Assembly (NCBI GenBank): GCA_038087875.1
Contig: CM075989.1
Location: 13,890,001-13,954,000, forward strand
Reading direction: 5' to 3'
Origin: Malacoraja senta
Taxonomy: Eukaryota
Length of the DNA stretch: 64,000 bases
Below, in pieces: positions 36,996-50,231 of this stretch. The first letter of the stretch is position 1. The number at the start of each line of letters is the position of its first letter. The notes below the pieces were generated by a model. It was given only the letters and a program-made list of their open reading frames with translations. It was not told the DNA's origin and did not search any database. A program made the translations under genes and the position numbers.

Positions 36996-38943
36996 AACTC
37001 AATGGAGCTAGTTTTTCCCATTAACCACTGACCGCCAATAAAATAACCATTTGAATATTCAGTTATCCCATAATTTTACATTCAGTAGTACAAACACAAA
37101 TTGAAACAGACTCGTACAATTTCTTCACCAGTTTGCTTATGTAGCAGAATGGTGCGTCTGGGGGAGAAGAATGAAGTATTCCAATTAGACAGCATCAGGT
37201 AATGATGATAGATTTGCCTTTCCTATAATAACAGCAGATGGAGTTTTAAGCGACAGCCTGTCACCACTGCCAATATCAGCTTTTATTTTCAGATTTGACT
37301 ACATTTAACCTGATAATTAGTTTAACTCAGGCTAAATCTGCGTTTATCATTAACCATCTTACTGCAGACATAATACATTCTCAAAGCATTACATAGTTGG
37401 AAGAAAGTGTGCAGCCTTGTATCCATTCTGGGTGGAAGAATTTCAAATAAAACTATGCTAATTCTGAAGATGGATCTTCCACAAGTAAAGTAAAAACTAG
37501 TACAAAAAGTGGACAAAAGAATGCTTCGAAATTTTCTTTTCAAAGAACTATTTTCATAAACTTTCTTCCAAGGAATAGATATATAGTACAAATAATTAAT
37601 TTGGTAACATGGAGACAAGAGACTGCAGATGATGGAATTTGGAGCAAAAAGCAAAGTGTTGGAACAAACAATTCAGTGGATGAGGCAGCATCTGTGGGGG
37701 AAAGGATCCTGAGAATGGAGAGGGGAGTTAGCTGATATAAAGAGAAGAGGGAGATGGGGGTCAGAAGGTGATAGGTGGACTGAGGAAGGATGAGGCACAG
37801 ATGGAGCCAAGAGGGGGAAGGGGGAGAGCTGGAGTTGGGAATTAGAGACAGGTGTGTGATAAATGGATGCAGATAAAGCAAAAAAAGACAGATGGAGACT
37901 GGGGGAGTGTGGAGGGTGTAGGTGGAGACAGCAGCAGGAGGGGGTAAACAAGAACACAATGGCTGCCAGTGCTGGAATCTGGCTTTACCTTGCAGTAAAC
38001 GTTATTCCCTTATCATGTATCTATACACTGTAAATGGATCAATTGTAATCATGTATCGTCTTTCTGCTGACTGGTTAGACTTAGATTCCTTTTAGACTTA
38101 GAACATAACAAAAGCTTTTCACTGCACCTCGGTACACATGACGATAAGCTAAACTGAACTGAACAAAGAGGAAGGTGATAATGGGAACTATTGACGGAGA
38201 GGTGAACGGCAGATAGAACAGAATTTGATGGGGGGGGGGATCCGGTGGATGGAGTGGGTGGTTTGCGGGTGTATGGAATCAGGAGGTGGAGGATGAGAAC
38301 GGTGATGAGGATAGAAGGGACAGAGTGGGAAAGAGAACAGAAATGAGAGGACAAGAGTTTGATTCAAGGAAGAGGGAAAGAGGATCACAGGAGGGGAGGG
38401 CTACTTGAAGTTGAAAAATTCAACGTTATTACCATTTGATTGTCGACAACCAAGGCAACATTTGAGGTGTTCTTTCTCTAGTTCGCGTTGGGTGTCATTC
38501 TGGCAATGGAGAAGGCAGAGCAGAGATAGGTTGGTGTGGTAACAGGAAGGGGAAGTGAAATGACAAGCAACTGGGTACATGACATGTGGCAACTTGGCAG
38601 CATCATATTTCTTGTGATATAATATGATGCAAATTTCCACAATGAGCAAACAGGACATTTGACACTGTTTTGGAAATGATTAGTGTGACTCAGACAACAG
38701 TTGAAAGATTAAGGAAACAGAAATGGAGTAGAGCATGGAAGTGCAGGATGAATAGATAAGATGGATGGATGAATGAGGGGGAGAGAAAGAGAGCTCTAGG
38801 GAGCAAGTCCCCACAATGTGTGTTTTACTCAAATTCGGACCGATATATCGATGGGAAGCGTTTAGAGGGGTTTGGGCCAAATGCAGGCAAATGGGACTAA
38901 CCCAGAATACCTTGTCAGCATAAATAAGGTAGGCAGAAGTGGG

Positions 38944-41900
38944 TAAGAAGGAACTGCAGATGTTGGTTTAAACCGAAGGTAGACCCAAAATGCTGGAGTA
39001 ACTCAGCGGGACAGGCAGCATCTCTGGAGAGAAGGAATGGGTCACGTTTCGGGTCGAGACCCTTGTTCAGACTGGTTAGTATAAGGGAAACGAGAGATAT
39101 AGACGCTGATGTGGAGAGATAAAGAACAATGAATGAAAGATAAGCAAAAAAGTAACGATGATAGAGGAAACAGGCCATTGTTAGCTGTTCGTAGGGTGAA
39201 AATGAGAAGCTAGTACGACTTGGGCGAGGGAGAGATAGAGAGAAAGGGAATGCCGGGGCTACCTGAAGTGAGATAAATCAATATCCATACCACTGGGCTC
39301 TAAGCTGCCCAAGCGAAATATGAGATAGTGTTCCTCCAATTTGCGTTTAGCCTCACGCTGACAATGGAGGAGACCAAGTACACAAAAGTCTGTGTCGGAA
39401 TGGGAAGTTAGAATTAAAGTGTCCAACAACTGGGGGATCAGGTTGGTTCACGCGTGCTGAGTGAAGGTGTTCCGTGAAACGATTGCCCAGTCTGCGTTTT
39501 GGTCTCGCCGATGTATAAGAGGTTGGAGGAGGTGCAAGTGAATTTCTGCCTAACCTGAAAGGACTGTCGGGGTCCCTGGACAGATTCGAGGGAGGAGGTA
39601 TAGCGACAGTTGTTGTATCTTTTGCAGGGGAAGGTACCTGGGGATGGGGTCGTTTGGGTGGGAAGGGATGAGTTTTTAATAATAATAATCATAATAATAA
39701 TAATAATACATCTTTATTGTCATTGCACAGAGGTACAACGAGATTTGGAATGCAACTTCCATCCGATGTAATAACTTAAATAGCTAAAAATGTAGACACC
39801 CAGAGAAACAAGATTAAAAACCCAGTTAAAGCAGTATAAAGTGCAAATAGGTCTGTGCCGGGTCGACGTGCGACGTGACCATCTGAGGGAGACAGTTCAT
39901 GGGGGGGGGGGGGGGCACTCAGCAGGACCGGTTCAGAGCAGCTATATCTCTGGGGATGAAGCTGTTCCTAAGTCTGGAGGTGCGGGCGTAGAAGGCCTTG
40001 TAACGTCTGCCGGATGGTAGAAGTTCGAACAGACTATTGCAAGGGTGTGAGGAGTTTTTATGAATCCTGGTTAAAGATCCTGGTGAATACCTCAGCCAGC
40101 TGTACAGCAGTCCTTAAGTACCCTTCCTTGGACTCGGTCCGGGCCTGCAGCCTTGCATAGATTGATCCTACGCAGAGCGTACTGTACATCCTGTGTGCTC
40201 AATGTTAAGACCTGTCCCTCCGCCATGGCCGGGGTTATTCCACTCCTGGTGGTGTTGCCAGTTTCGAAGCGGGCAAAGAAGGTGTTTAGCTCGTTGGCCA
40301 GTGTGATATCACTGTGGGGGCAGGCAGGGCTGCTCTTGTAGTCAGTGATGTCCCTGGCACCCTGCCACATGCTTCTGGTGTCCGCGGTATTGAAGTTGTC
40401 TTCCACCCTTTGCCTGTGGATGTCTTTGGCCCTTTTAATACCTTTGTGCAGGTTTGACCTGGCAGCATTGTATGCTGAAGTGTCACCGGATTTAAAGGCA
40501 TTGTTGTGTGCCCTTAGCAGATTCTGTACCTCCTTGTTCATCCAGTTTCCGGTTTGGGAACATCTTTATTTCCTTGTCCACTGTGACAAACTCCACACAG
40601 CAGTTGATGTAGGAGAGCAGAGTGGATGTGTACTCCTCCAAGTCTACCTCTGTATCATAGGTTGCCTGTTGCGCAAACAGGTCCCAGTCGGTGCGATCAA
40701 AGCAGTCCTGGAGTTGTAGGGTGGTGTCCTCGGGCCATATTTTGACAGTCTTTATTGCAGGTTTGGTCTTGCGGATGAGGGGTTTGTATGCAGGCACTAG
40801 AAACAGCGAGAGGTGATCAGATTGTCCCAGGGATGGGCAGGGGAGAGCTCTGTATGCGTCCTTGATGTTGGTGTACACTTTATCCAGCGTGTTTGAGCCC
40901 CTGGTAGGGCACTGCACATGCTGGTGGAATTTGTGGAGTGCAGCTCGTAGGTCGACCTGATTAAAGTCCCCTGCAACAATGAAGGCACTGTCAGGGTGAG
41001 CATCCTGCTGCTTACTGATGGTCAAGTGCAGCTGTGCTAGCGCTAGGTTAGCATTAGCCTGTGGTGGAATGTATACGGCCATGATGATAACCACAGTAAA
41101 CTCCTGAGGCAGAGAAAACGGCCTACATTTAAGCAGTAGGTATTCCAGATCTGGGGAACAGTAGCTCTCTACTGCAGTGTGGTTGGTGCACCAGTCATTG
41201 TTGATATAGATACAGAACCCCCCACCCTTGCTCTTAGGGTCCTTTGTTCTATCAGCAGTGATGCAGCGCGCTGAGCCACGTCTCCGTGAAGATCAGCGCA
41301 CAGCAGTCTTTCAGGGATCGCTGGGTGTTGATCCAGGGCCTTACCTCACCCAGCTTGTTGGTGAGTGACTGGACATTTGCGAGAAAGACGCTTGGTAGGG
41401 ATGGTCTTTGTGGAGCCTTCCACAGCCTGGCCTGCACCCCCGCTAGCCTTCCACGTTTCTGCTTTCTCTCCCGGCGCTTGCTCCGTCTCCTACCCTCCGG
41501 AGTGGTGATCCAGGGGGCTGTTCTGCCTAGCTCCATCGGGATTTTGATGAGGTACTACAAGCCAGTTTCTCGCAGCCACGTCCGATGTTGAGCAGTTCCG
41601 TTCGGCTCCATGTGCGACCCGTCGGGATTTCGGTGCGGGTACTGGATTTTCCTGTACTGGTGGCGAGTTCTTTTCTGGGGTATTTAAGTACCTGGTTTTC
41701 ACAGCCGCGTTCGATACTGGGCTGCTCCGAATTAAATCGGTCTGGAGAGCGCAAAGCCGCTGCGTGTGGACGCGCAGCCCTCCGCAACCAGCGAGTTGCG
41801 GAGGGAACGGTCTCCGCGGAAGGCGGAAAGGGGTGGAGATGGGAAAATGTGGCTATCCGTGGGATCCTTGTTAGAGGTGGAAGGTAAGGACTAGGGGGAC

Positions 41901-42455
41901 TGTCTCTGTCGCGACTAGGGGTAGGGGGAGCAAGGCCAGAGCTGCGGAATACCGAGTAGACATGAGTGAGGGCCTCATCTATGATGGGAGAAGGGAATCC
42001 CCATTCCCTAAAGAATGAGGACATCTCGGATGTTCTAGTATGGAACACCTCATCTTGGGCGCAGATGGAGGAATTGGGAGATGGAGTCTTTGCAGGAAGC
42101 AGGGTGGGAAGAAGTGTAGTCGAGATAGTTGTGCAAGTCAGTGGGTTTGTAATAGACGTCAGTCAATAGTCTATTTCTTGTGATGGAGACTGTGATCAAG
42201 AAAGGGGAGGGAGGTGTCAGATATGGTTCAAGTAAATTAGAGTGCAGGATGAAAATTAGTGGTGATGTTGATGAAGTCCATGAGTTCTGCATGGGTGCAG
42301 GAGGTCGCACCGATGCAGTCATCAATGTAACAGAGATAGAGTTTGGGGATAGGGCCAGTGTACGCCTGGAACAGGGATTGTTCAACATACCCTACAAAGA
42401 GGTAGGCTTAGCTGGGGCCCATGCGGGTGCCCATAGCTATGCCTTGGACGTGGAA
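38944..42455 (-). mobile_element. 5'-truncated Penelope-like element (RT and GIY-YIG remnants), in two parts 38944-39674 and 41786-42455
   Basis: GIAMGTRMGPS*AYLFVG, YIDDCIG, YYKPTDLHNYLDYTSSHPASCKDSI, PGTFPC and YIGETK motifs. The halves rejoin across the insertion (GATGAGTT|AACCAGCGAGTTG). Confidence 0.85.
39675..41785 (-). mobile_element. Rex1/Babar-like LINE, internally deleted, nested in the Penelope-like element
   Basis: LPSVFLANVQSLTNK, IFTETWL, YIPPQAN, AGDFNQ, LGQSDHL and KAAGPD motifs. The RT core is missing after ~40090. AATAAAG plus (TTA)n tail at 39677-39718. Confidence 0.85.
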
Positions 42456-44562
42456 GGTAGGCAGAGGCCTTTTTTCAAGCTGTATAGCTCGATGACTGAG
42501 ATGTAAATAGGTATTGCAGAGAGCTTCAAAGTGTGCAGATATTTGTAGGGTAAACAAAATTAGAGTGAAAGGAGAAAAGGGGAAATGTGATAAGTTGAGT
42601 AGACATTAAATTAGGAAATAAAAAACAAGTTATTCGGAGGCAAAAAAGAGGAAATTAAATTGAGGATTAAAGATTAAGAAATATTCAAATATTCCATGTC
42701 TGCCATTATAGTAGAACACAGAAAACACAAAAGAATCACAGGACCAAATAAATAAACAAGTAATATTACACAAGCAAAACAAGAGGAGAAATGAATAAAA
42801 CATAATGTTAAAGATTGGCTAGATGACCCTTTTAAAAGAGGAAGCTGCAGAAAGAGCAGTTTTGGTTCCCCAGAATTCTTTAGATTCTACAACGGTCGGT
42901 TGATTAGAAGGTGATAAATGTAAGGTCTGCAGTTCATGAAAGAAAGGAAGAAACTATTGCGGAAGATGTTGTAAAAAAATACAGCAAACCATGATGTGGT
43001 TCAGCAGTCATATGGTTCAGTAGTTAGAGACATGAGCAGTTTCCCAGACTTCCCACATCCTGCAGGGGGAACATAGTACCATTCTAACTGCCATCATGAC
43101 TGCACTAAAAAGCGCGAGAAAAACAACAATCACACAAAAGAAACATCTCCTCTAACCTCATCTTTTGTATTCGGTGCTTTCAATGTGTCCTCTGCATCGG
43201 TGAGACCAAGCTTTTCTGAGCACCTGCGTTCTGTCTGCATTGCCACCTGGAGTTCCTGGTTGCAATGCATTTCAATTTCCCTCATTCCAACTCCGAGCTG
43301 TCTGGCCTCGTCCTCTTCCACTGTCAGAGCGAGGCCAAAAGTAGATGAGAGGATCAGCACTTCATTTAACTCGGTAGTCCACAACTCAACCATGACCAGC
43401 AGTGCAAACCAGAACCACAGAGAAAGCTGAATGAAGGGATTGTGCTGTAGCTGCCAGAGATGTCGAGGAATGAAATGCTGGATGAGAAGACTGATGGGGT
43501 GAAAGGTGAGGACCTAGTGGACTTTATCCTTATCTCTCCAGAGGGAGGCAAATACTAAATCTCACGATGCAGGAGGCTCATTGGCATGGATAATGGGAAA
43601 TGGTGGGTATTCACAAGTCGTTTTCATGTTTGCGAATTGAAATAATTGGTTGGTTAATAATAATGATCAGTGCTGATGTCAACTTTTTAAAACAATTTAT
43701 ATGTGACTTAGTTGAAAACAGAAGAATGATCGCCTCGTGTTGGTTGCCTCCTACATATTCCATACTCCTGAAGTACCTCACTATTTTCAATACTCCATAC
43801 CCTTTTATCAAACCTTGACATCTCTTCACATCAGGATTGCCTGAACTTGCCTTCCTTATCTTTCACCTTTATAGAAACACATTGGTCCTGAACTATTTCA
43901 CTTTTGAAAGAGTCGGTTGTGGCTTCTAGTGTTGGGAATGGCCTTCTCCCATTCAAGGCTTTGATTTCAGGTCCACCTTATTCCTTTCCAAAACTTCCTT
44001 GAAACTTAGTTATTGTCTCTATCTCCAAAATTCTCATCCCACAAACAAGATTCCCTGTCTCATTCATGAAAATTAGGTCTAATATTGTCCCTTCTCTCAG
44101 ACTATCAATACTGGCTCAATAAGCTTTCTGGGAAGCATTTTAGAAATTCTGCCCCACTCCAATGTCTACTAAAAATGGTTCCTGATAATATTGAGGAAGT
44201 TGAAATCTGTTGTCATTGTAACCCTATTATTCTATCACCTCTGATATTATTCCAGCAAAGTAATCACATCTCTTTTTCATCTAGGATGTTATATTTGAAG
44301 AACCTTGAGAGACATCCTCATTACTACAATTGCGATCTCCTAAATATTTGCAATGTCTCTTTATTTACTCTTCTATCATGCATGGTGTCACTGTACCATT
44401 GAACATCAAGTTGCCACTGCAGCCGCGCTTTGGAGTTGTAACTCGAGCAGTGCTGGAAGCAGATTCCCTGAATATTTTCCTGAATGGTGAAAGGTACCAT
44501 GAAAAACATAATGTAGAGTCAGCGAGGTGAACTAATCAGGCTTCCAATTCACGTGATGAATG

Positions 44563-47500
44563 TTTAATTTTTTTAATCAACTGAAAAACAAGATATAATA
44601 CTGGTATTTTACTTCCAACGATATAGCATGGATGAAAATTTACAATATACTCGGTCATATTGTAAAACTGAAAATATTTGATTTAATGTTAGAGCATAGT
44701 ATTTCAGGATGAATCCAAATTTACAGAGTTATACATCAATAAATGTACTGTAGGCAAAGTCGTTCAGACTAAATCTTAGACATTAGAACCCATCTTTCAA
44801 TGCTGAAAATGAAAATGAAAATAAAACTAGCAATGAATTACACACTGCAAGGCAAATGTAATAATCAGCAAATTTATTAGTTACAGAAGGGAAATTCTGA
44901 TATTTACATAGTGCAAGTATATCTTTTTAATTATGCAATTATGTACATTAAATGAAATGATATATATGCTGGTCACACAAGCAAAAAATTCATCACCCTT
45001 CATATAACTAATATTCAAATTTCACTTTGCATCTGACTTTCTATTTTGAACTGGATTCCAAATGAAGGTAAGATACAAATCAAACTAATGTCTAGCAAGT
45101 GGCGTATTACTGAATATCACAGCCTGTCTTCTGAGCTTCTTAGGAGAAAACATAACTGTATAATCTAGTTTACAACATTGATTAGGCAACTATTTAAACT
45201 TCCCAAACAGTACACATTTTACTTAGTTGGCCAAATTTGAAATTTCTCCAATGAGTATTAGTAGCCTAATAAATCCTGTACTCACCAGATGCACACGGTC
45301 CTGGGAATGTATCAGAACAGAAACATTCTATCCTTTGCTATTCAAAACAAGAGCAATGTACATGAAAAAAACAACTAGTTCCTATTAATTGAGATAAGCG
45401 TGACAAATCACAAAGCTATTCCCACACTATTAGTACAAATAATGAAGATAAGGGTCAGAAATACAATGGATATTATGTTAGCTTTTTAACCACCAACTTG
45501 ATGGAATATTTTTCTCTTTCTTGAACAGTGTATTAATACAGAATAGTATTTAACCATGTTCAGGACATCTACCGACAATAGAAAGGTGTTAAATTATGAA
45601 CACGGTTAACAAAATCTTTGAAAGTTATTTTGCATAATATATTATTTTTTATCAGAAATTAAATATTAAAGATTTGAAATTTGCCATAATTTGTATGTGA
45701 ATAGTTCTATTTTGGGTAAAAATTTACAAATGGAATTAACTATGAAACAAAAAAGATAAGTATGTCTCCCCTATAAAGATTAAAAATATTTCCTTAAAAG
45801 TGTTTTCAGCACCAGGTGTTGCTACAGATCAAGTTATGCACAACCTACTGGTGCCACAAGGAAGTGCAGATTTCCAAACACCTAAACAATGCATTACTGC
45901 GGAATCATTAACTACCATCTATCAGAAAATTGCCACACACCAGCAGCGTTTTCCCATTTCCACCAAGCAACAGTTTTCATTGTGAAAGGATTTTATTTTT
46001 TGCATATGAGAATAGGTAAAAAATCCTCCAGTGAAAGTTCTGTACCATTTTGAATCAGATGCTTTCTTAAATTCAATTTAGTTTCTATAACCATCTAAAA
46101 AAGCTCATACATATGTGCAACAGTTTTAGTGTTGCATAACTTTTTAAAAAAATTGAGCAAGGCATCAGTTGTAATCAGATTTAAAAATCACAATTGAAAT
46201 ATCAGTAAAGAAACCCTGTGTGTTTAATATACCCGACTCAAATCCTGAAACTGTAATGTAAGAGCAATGTGTGAGAATTTCTTTACAAACACCCTTGCAA
46301 CCAAAATTATTTACTTTGTTAGTGTACAGGTCTGATCTTTTTTTTTTTTTTAAAGACGTATTAAAACTACTTTGTGCATTTAATAGTATAATTCACCCTG
46401 TGAAATTTTGTAACTCCTGCAGTCAGTTTAGTGCCAAACAAATTTCCACAATGATCATGATGCGATTAAAAAATCACAGATGCCATTTGCATTATCAAGT
46501 ATAATGCTAAATACATTTCATCTTGGACGGATCTGTTTCTTTGTCAACTTTGAACATTGTGCCAGTTTTCAACTGTTACAAATATGCAAATGTATCTCAT
46601 TGCCTCTATCACCAAATATTGTAATGAAAATATTATTTACTACTATAAGTGCCAGCACCATAAGTACAGTTTATAACCATACAAATAGTCAAAACTGACT
46701 CATGTAATCCAGAATTGCAAGCTTGATGTAATAAAAATGATCCACAGCCAATTAATGGTCCAATGGAGATTGTTACAGTTGTGTAAACTTGTATTGTACA
46801 ACGTTGCTGAGGAAGATATGAAAAATGTTGCCTGATCATCATCTCAATTAAAATGAACTATTTTCTACTATGTCCCATGCACATACAAGGTCAATTTTCA
46901 CATTTTTGTTTCAGGTTCAAGTTCAAAATTTCTGTTTACAGTGGCAGCAAAATAGTGAATAACAATATAGAAAAGGAGAATGAAGAGCTGTATAACATCC
47001 ATTTGATCAACTTTCTCTGAATACACAATTATACAATGCTGATATAAGCAAATTCCAGACAAAGTCTATTAGGTCCCAGTAATGCTATTTTTTTTTTTAC
47101 AGATAGTAACATTAGATAGGTTTATCATATACAAGTATGGTCACATGCATCCATCAATCTATTGCACAAAACTGGAATTTGAAGATCAAAAGTAATAGTT
47201 TGTACAAGGAATAGATTTTTTTTTATACACCACCATTTTGCTGTTTAAACTTTGTAGAGATCAATTTTGTTTTTTAAAATACCAGTCCAATTAAATTCCG
47301 ATACAAAACTACTGCCACTTAGACTGATTTTTTTTTGTAAACAAAACTGCAGGCTTTTTTCCATCAACGATTTTTACATTTTCTCCAAAGATTCAGAAAG
47401 GGCTTTCATAAACCATCTAGAAAAACATTTTATGATTCACAAAGACACAGATTTGGGTCACTAAAGGATAGATTTTTAAATGACAGAACTCTTTAATGAG

Positions 47501-47963
47501 TGACTTTATGATCTATCCATCCAATGACTAAAATTGAGATGATGTTATAAATAGCAGATTTTTTCTTTATTGTTCCTATACATGTTCCTGAGGTCAGTGA
47601 TGTACTGTTTTGTTTACAGTATCTCTAGGTAGACTCGAATGATTGCTCAAAAATTCTATAGATAGGCATTCAGTATTAAAGGCTATGAAATTTGATTAAA
47701 AGATTGAATTAGTTACCTTGACAAGCAAAAGAATAGCCATTTTGATCCAATTAAGAGATAACAACAGAAAATTGGTAGGAGGGAATATTGGTAGGAGTCC
47801 AAAACAAATTCAGACTTTGCCAAAGGAGATCAAAAGGATAAAATGCTTTTCCCAGTTGCTTGTGTATTATAATGTAAAAATTGACAATGTTTTTTGTAAC
47901 CCCACGAATCTACCCCAAAATAAACTGTGCTCTGAAAGAGAGCTGCTGGTCTGGGGGCTAGAG
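44563..47963 (-). other. SECISBP2L: Probable SECISBP2L 3'UTR (~3.4 kb)
   Basis: AT-rich stretch with no recognisable transposon directly after the stop. Candidate poly(A) signals on the minus strand: ATTAAA 44563-44568 and 44572-44577, AATAAA 44873-44878. The end is inferred. Confidence 0.55.
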
Positions 47964-48586
47964 TTATGAGCAGGTTTGGCTCTCCGATTCTGCAGGCTGA
48001 GAAACTTCGGTCTCTATGGTCGAATCTGTTTGCTCCACCATTTCATGTTCTTCTACATCACATTGCCCATTGCGATCTTCCTCTGTACTATCAGTATTTA
48101 TGCTAAGCTGCAATATTTCCAGTGTTTTTTGTGCTTCACATACCCAATCATCAATTCTACTGCTAAATGTTACCATGACGGCAACAGACTCCGGGATATC
48201 ATCTTCCTCCTCCTCCTCCTCCTCTTCATCATCATCCCCCTCCTCCTCCAGCATGTCTGGTACAAGAGTACTTGTGGTGCTAATCATGGAGGAATTAAGA
48301 ACATCCCTGCAGCTACCATCAAGTGATCCTGTCTCAGTGCTCTGTTGAGAGGCCCACTCAAACATATCATCTGCTTTTCCTTCTCCCTTGTCTGAACCAG
48401 TGAATTTTGGTGTCTGGGCCACAGAGGAGGTAGTGGTTATTCCTAAATTTGTTTTGTTAGTACTGCTTGTGACTGCTGGTAAAGTTATAGACTTCTTCAG
48501 AGCAGCAGTCACACTTGGTGTAGCTTTCTCCGTCTCGGGACATTCCGGAGCATCAGTGGCCTCTACCATATTTCGCCAGTTTGTTT
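47964..48586 (-). CDS. SECISBP2L: SECISBP2L last coding exon
   Basis: (E)TNWRNMVE...EWASQQSTETGSLDGSCRDVLNSS..STTSTLVP.MLEEE acidic tract..SRIDDWV, ending in TAA. AG acceptor at 48588-48587. Confidence 0.93.
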
Positions 48587-48789
48587 CTTAAAAACAAAAT
48601 GCATTACAAAATTACAGATCAACATTTTAGAAGAACAAAAAGTTAAAAATGTAAGACATACCCAATCATTGGGAAACAAAGAATTTTAGAATTAGATCTT
48701 CAGATTGTACAGCCTTGAAGTACATCGCAAATAACAGATAAAGAATGATTTCAACTATACACAAATTTCATGCAAATACACACCTCCAC

Positions 48790-49500
48790 CGGGTGCCGCC
48801 TGTAATGGGCGCCTCGCCAGCAGTCTGTCTCATCCCTTCTCTGTTTTTATTATTTTAAGTATGTCTTGAATATTTGTTTTAATGTCTCTTGGTATGTTTT
48901 ACGTGGGGGATGCAGGGGAGGGGGGAGAAAAAGAATTGGGGGAAACTTTTTCCAGTCACTTACCTCGATGGAGATGCGATTTTTCTCCGTGTCACATCTC
49001 TGTCTCCCCTGTCTCCCTCCCCCCCCCCCCCCCCCCCCATTTGCGGCCTACAACGTGGAGTAGTGCGGCCTTTCCTGGAGACCGGCCCGGAGCTTCAAGC
49101 CGTGGGCATGGCGCGGACTTACCATTGCGGAGCCTGGGATCTTTTGCCGAGGATCGCCAGTGTAGGAGCACCGACCATGGCTAACTCGGGAGTTCTTTCA
49201 CTGGCGATCCTCTGAAAAACTGTTCCGATCCGTCCCGACAAGAGGGATTGAACAGCGGACCGTCGGCAATGGCAAGTGCAGAGGGTTCAGCCCCGACCAC
49301 GGATGAACAAAGGAGGAAGATGACTGAACTTTATTGCCTTCCATCACAGTGAGGAATGTGGATTCCGCTTTGGTGGATGTTTATGATAAATTCTATTTTA
49401 TGCGGCAGAATTGTGTATTGTTGTTTTTCTCACTTAGTATGGCAACTCAAATTTCACTGTACCTTAATTGGTACATGTGACAATTAAATTGAATCTTGAT
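48790..49500 (+). mobile_element. Unclassified non-autonomous, SINE-like repeat in the last intron
   Basis: CpG-rich body ending in ATTTCACTGTACCTTAATTGGTACATGTGACAATTAAA, a tail shared with 8496-8528 and (reverse) 2930-3030. Confidence 0.5.
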
Positions 49501-50014
49501 ACTCCATCAAGCCACCTCAATTTCTAATTGTCCTAGTTCATCCAAAGTACCAATTCAGATACCTACATAAAGTGATTGTAAAGTTAGAGATAAACCCAAA
49601 GCCTGGCAAATATTACAAGATGATAATCAAACCTCAAGTTTTTTTCTCACATCCCAGTGCGATTAAAAAGTAAAATTCAACAATAATGTGTAAACAAATC
49701 AAGGCTTATCCAAATGTACCCATTAAAGTTTTACATGTTACATTGGGGAAAAGATAGAAGTATTTGTATGAAGAAAATTGAAAGACAAGACATTTTTAAA
49801 CAACAAACATCTCTTTGAATATTCCAATCTATATTAAAATACAGAAGACTCTGGGACTTAAGCATTTTTCATTAGTGATTAAGATTAATCAGTCATGTCT
49901 GCCTGAAAGAAATCTAATAGCCATTTAGTCTAGTCAGAGTAATGTGCATTGTACTAGTATTAATCTTGTATTTATAATACATTGGTAAAGTGATCCAAAT
50001 TACTGGTTACTTAC

Positions 50015-50231
50015 CATATTCCTTTTCATTCACTTCAGAAATAGGTTCAGATATCACGCTACAAAATGAAATTGCACTTGCTGCAGAAGGGTTGCGAGAA
50101 TGACCCATGTGGGGAACTTTTCTGGTGTGCTTCAATGCCTCTTCAGCTTGTTCTTGCTCCAAAGCTGTTACCATATCACGATATGCCTTGCGGGCCTCTT
50201 CAGTTAATGCCACCAGTTTATTAAACAAGTT
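50015..50231 (-). CDS. SECISBP2L: SECISBP2L coding exon (217 nt)
   Basis: NLFNKLVALTEEARKAYRDMV...HSRNPSAASAISFCSVISEPISEVNEKEY. tag acceptor, G|GTAAGT donor. Confidence 0.95.

Noticed and set aside
37540..38400. Pro/Ser/Leu-rich minus-strand ORFs
   Set aside because: Produced by purine-rich low-complexity and decayed Penelope-related sequence.
44563..47963. SECIS element or Sec (UGA) recoding in SECISBP2L itself
   Set aside because: The spliced frame has no in-frame TGA and ends in TAA. No SECIS fold could be supported by eye.
47976..48591. Plus-strand ORFs, including a poly-Ser one
   Set aside because: Antisense to the acidic last exon of SECISBP2L.
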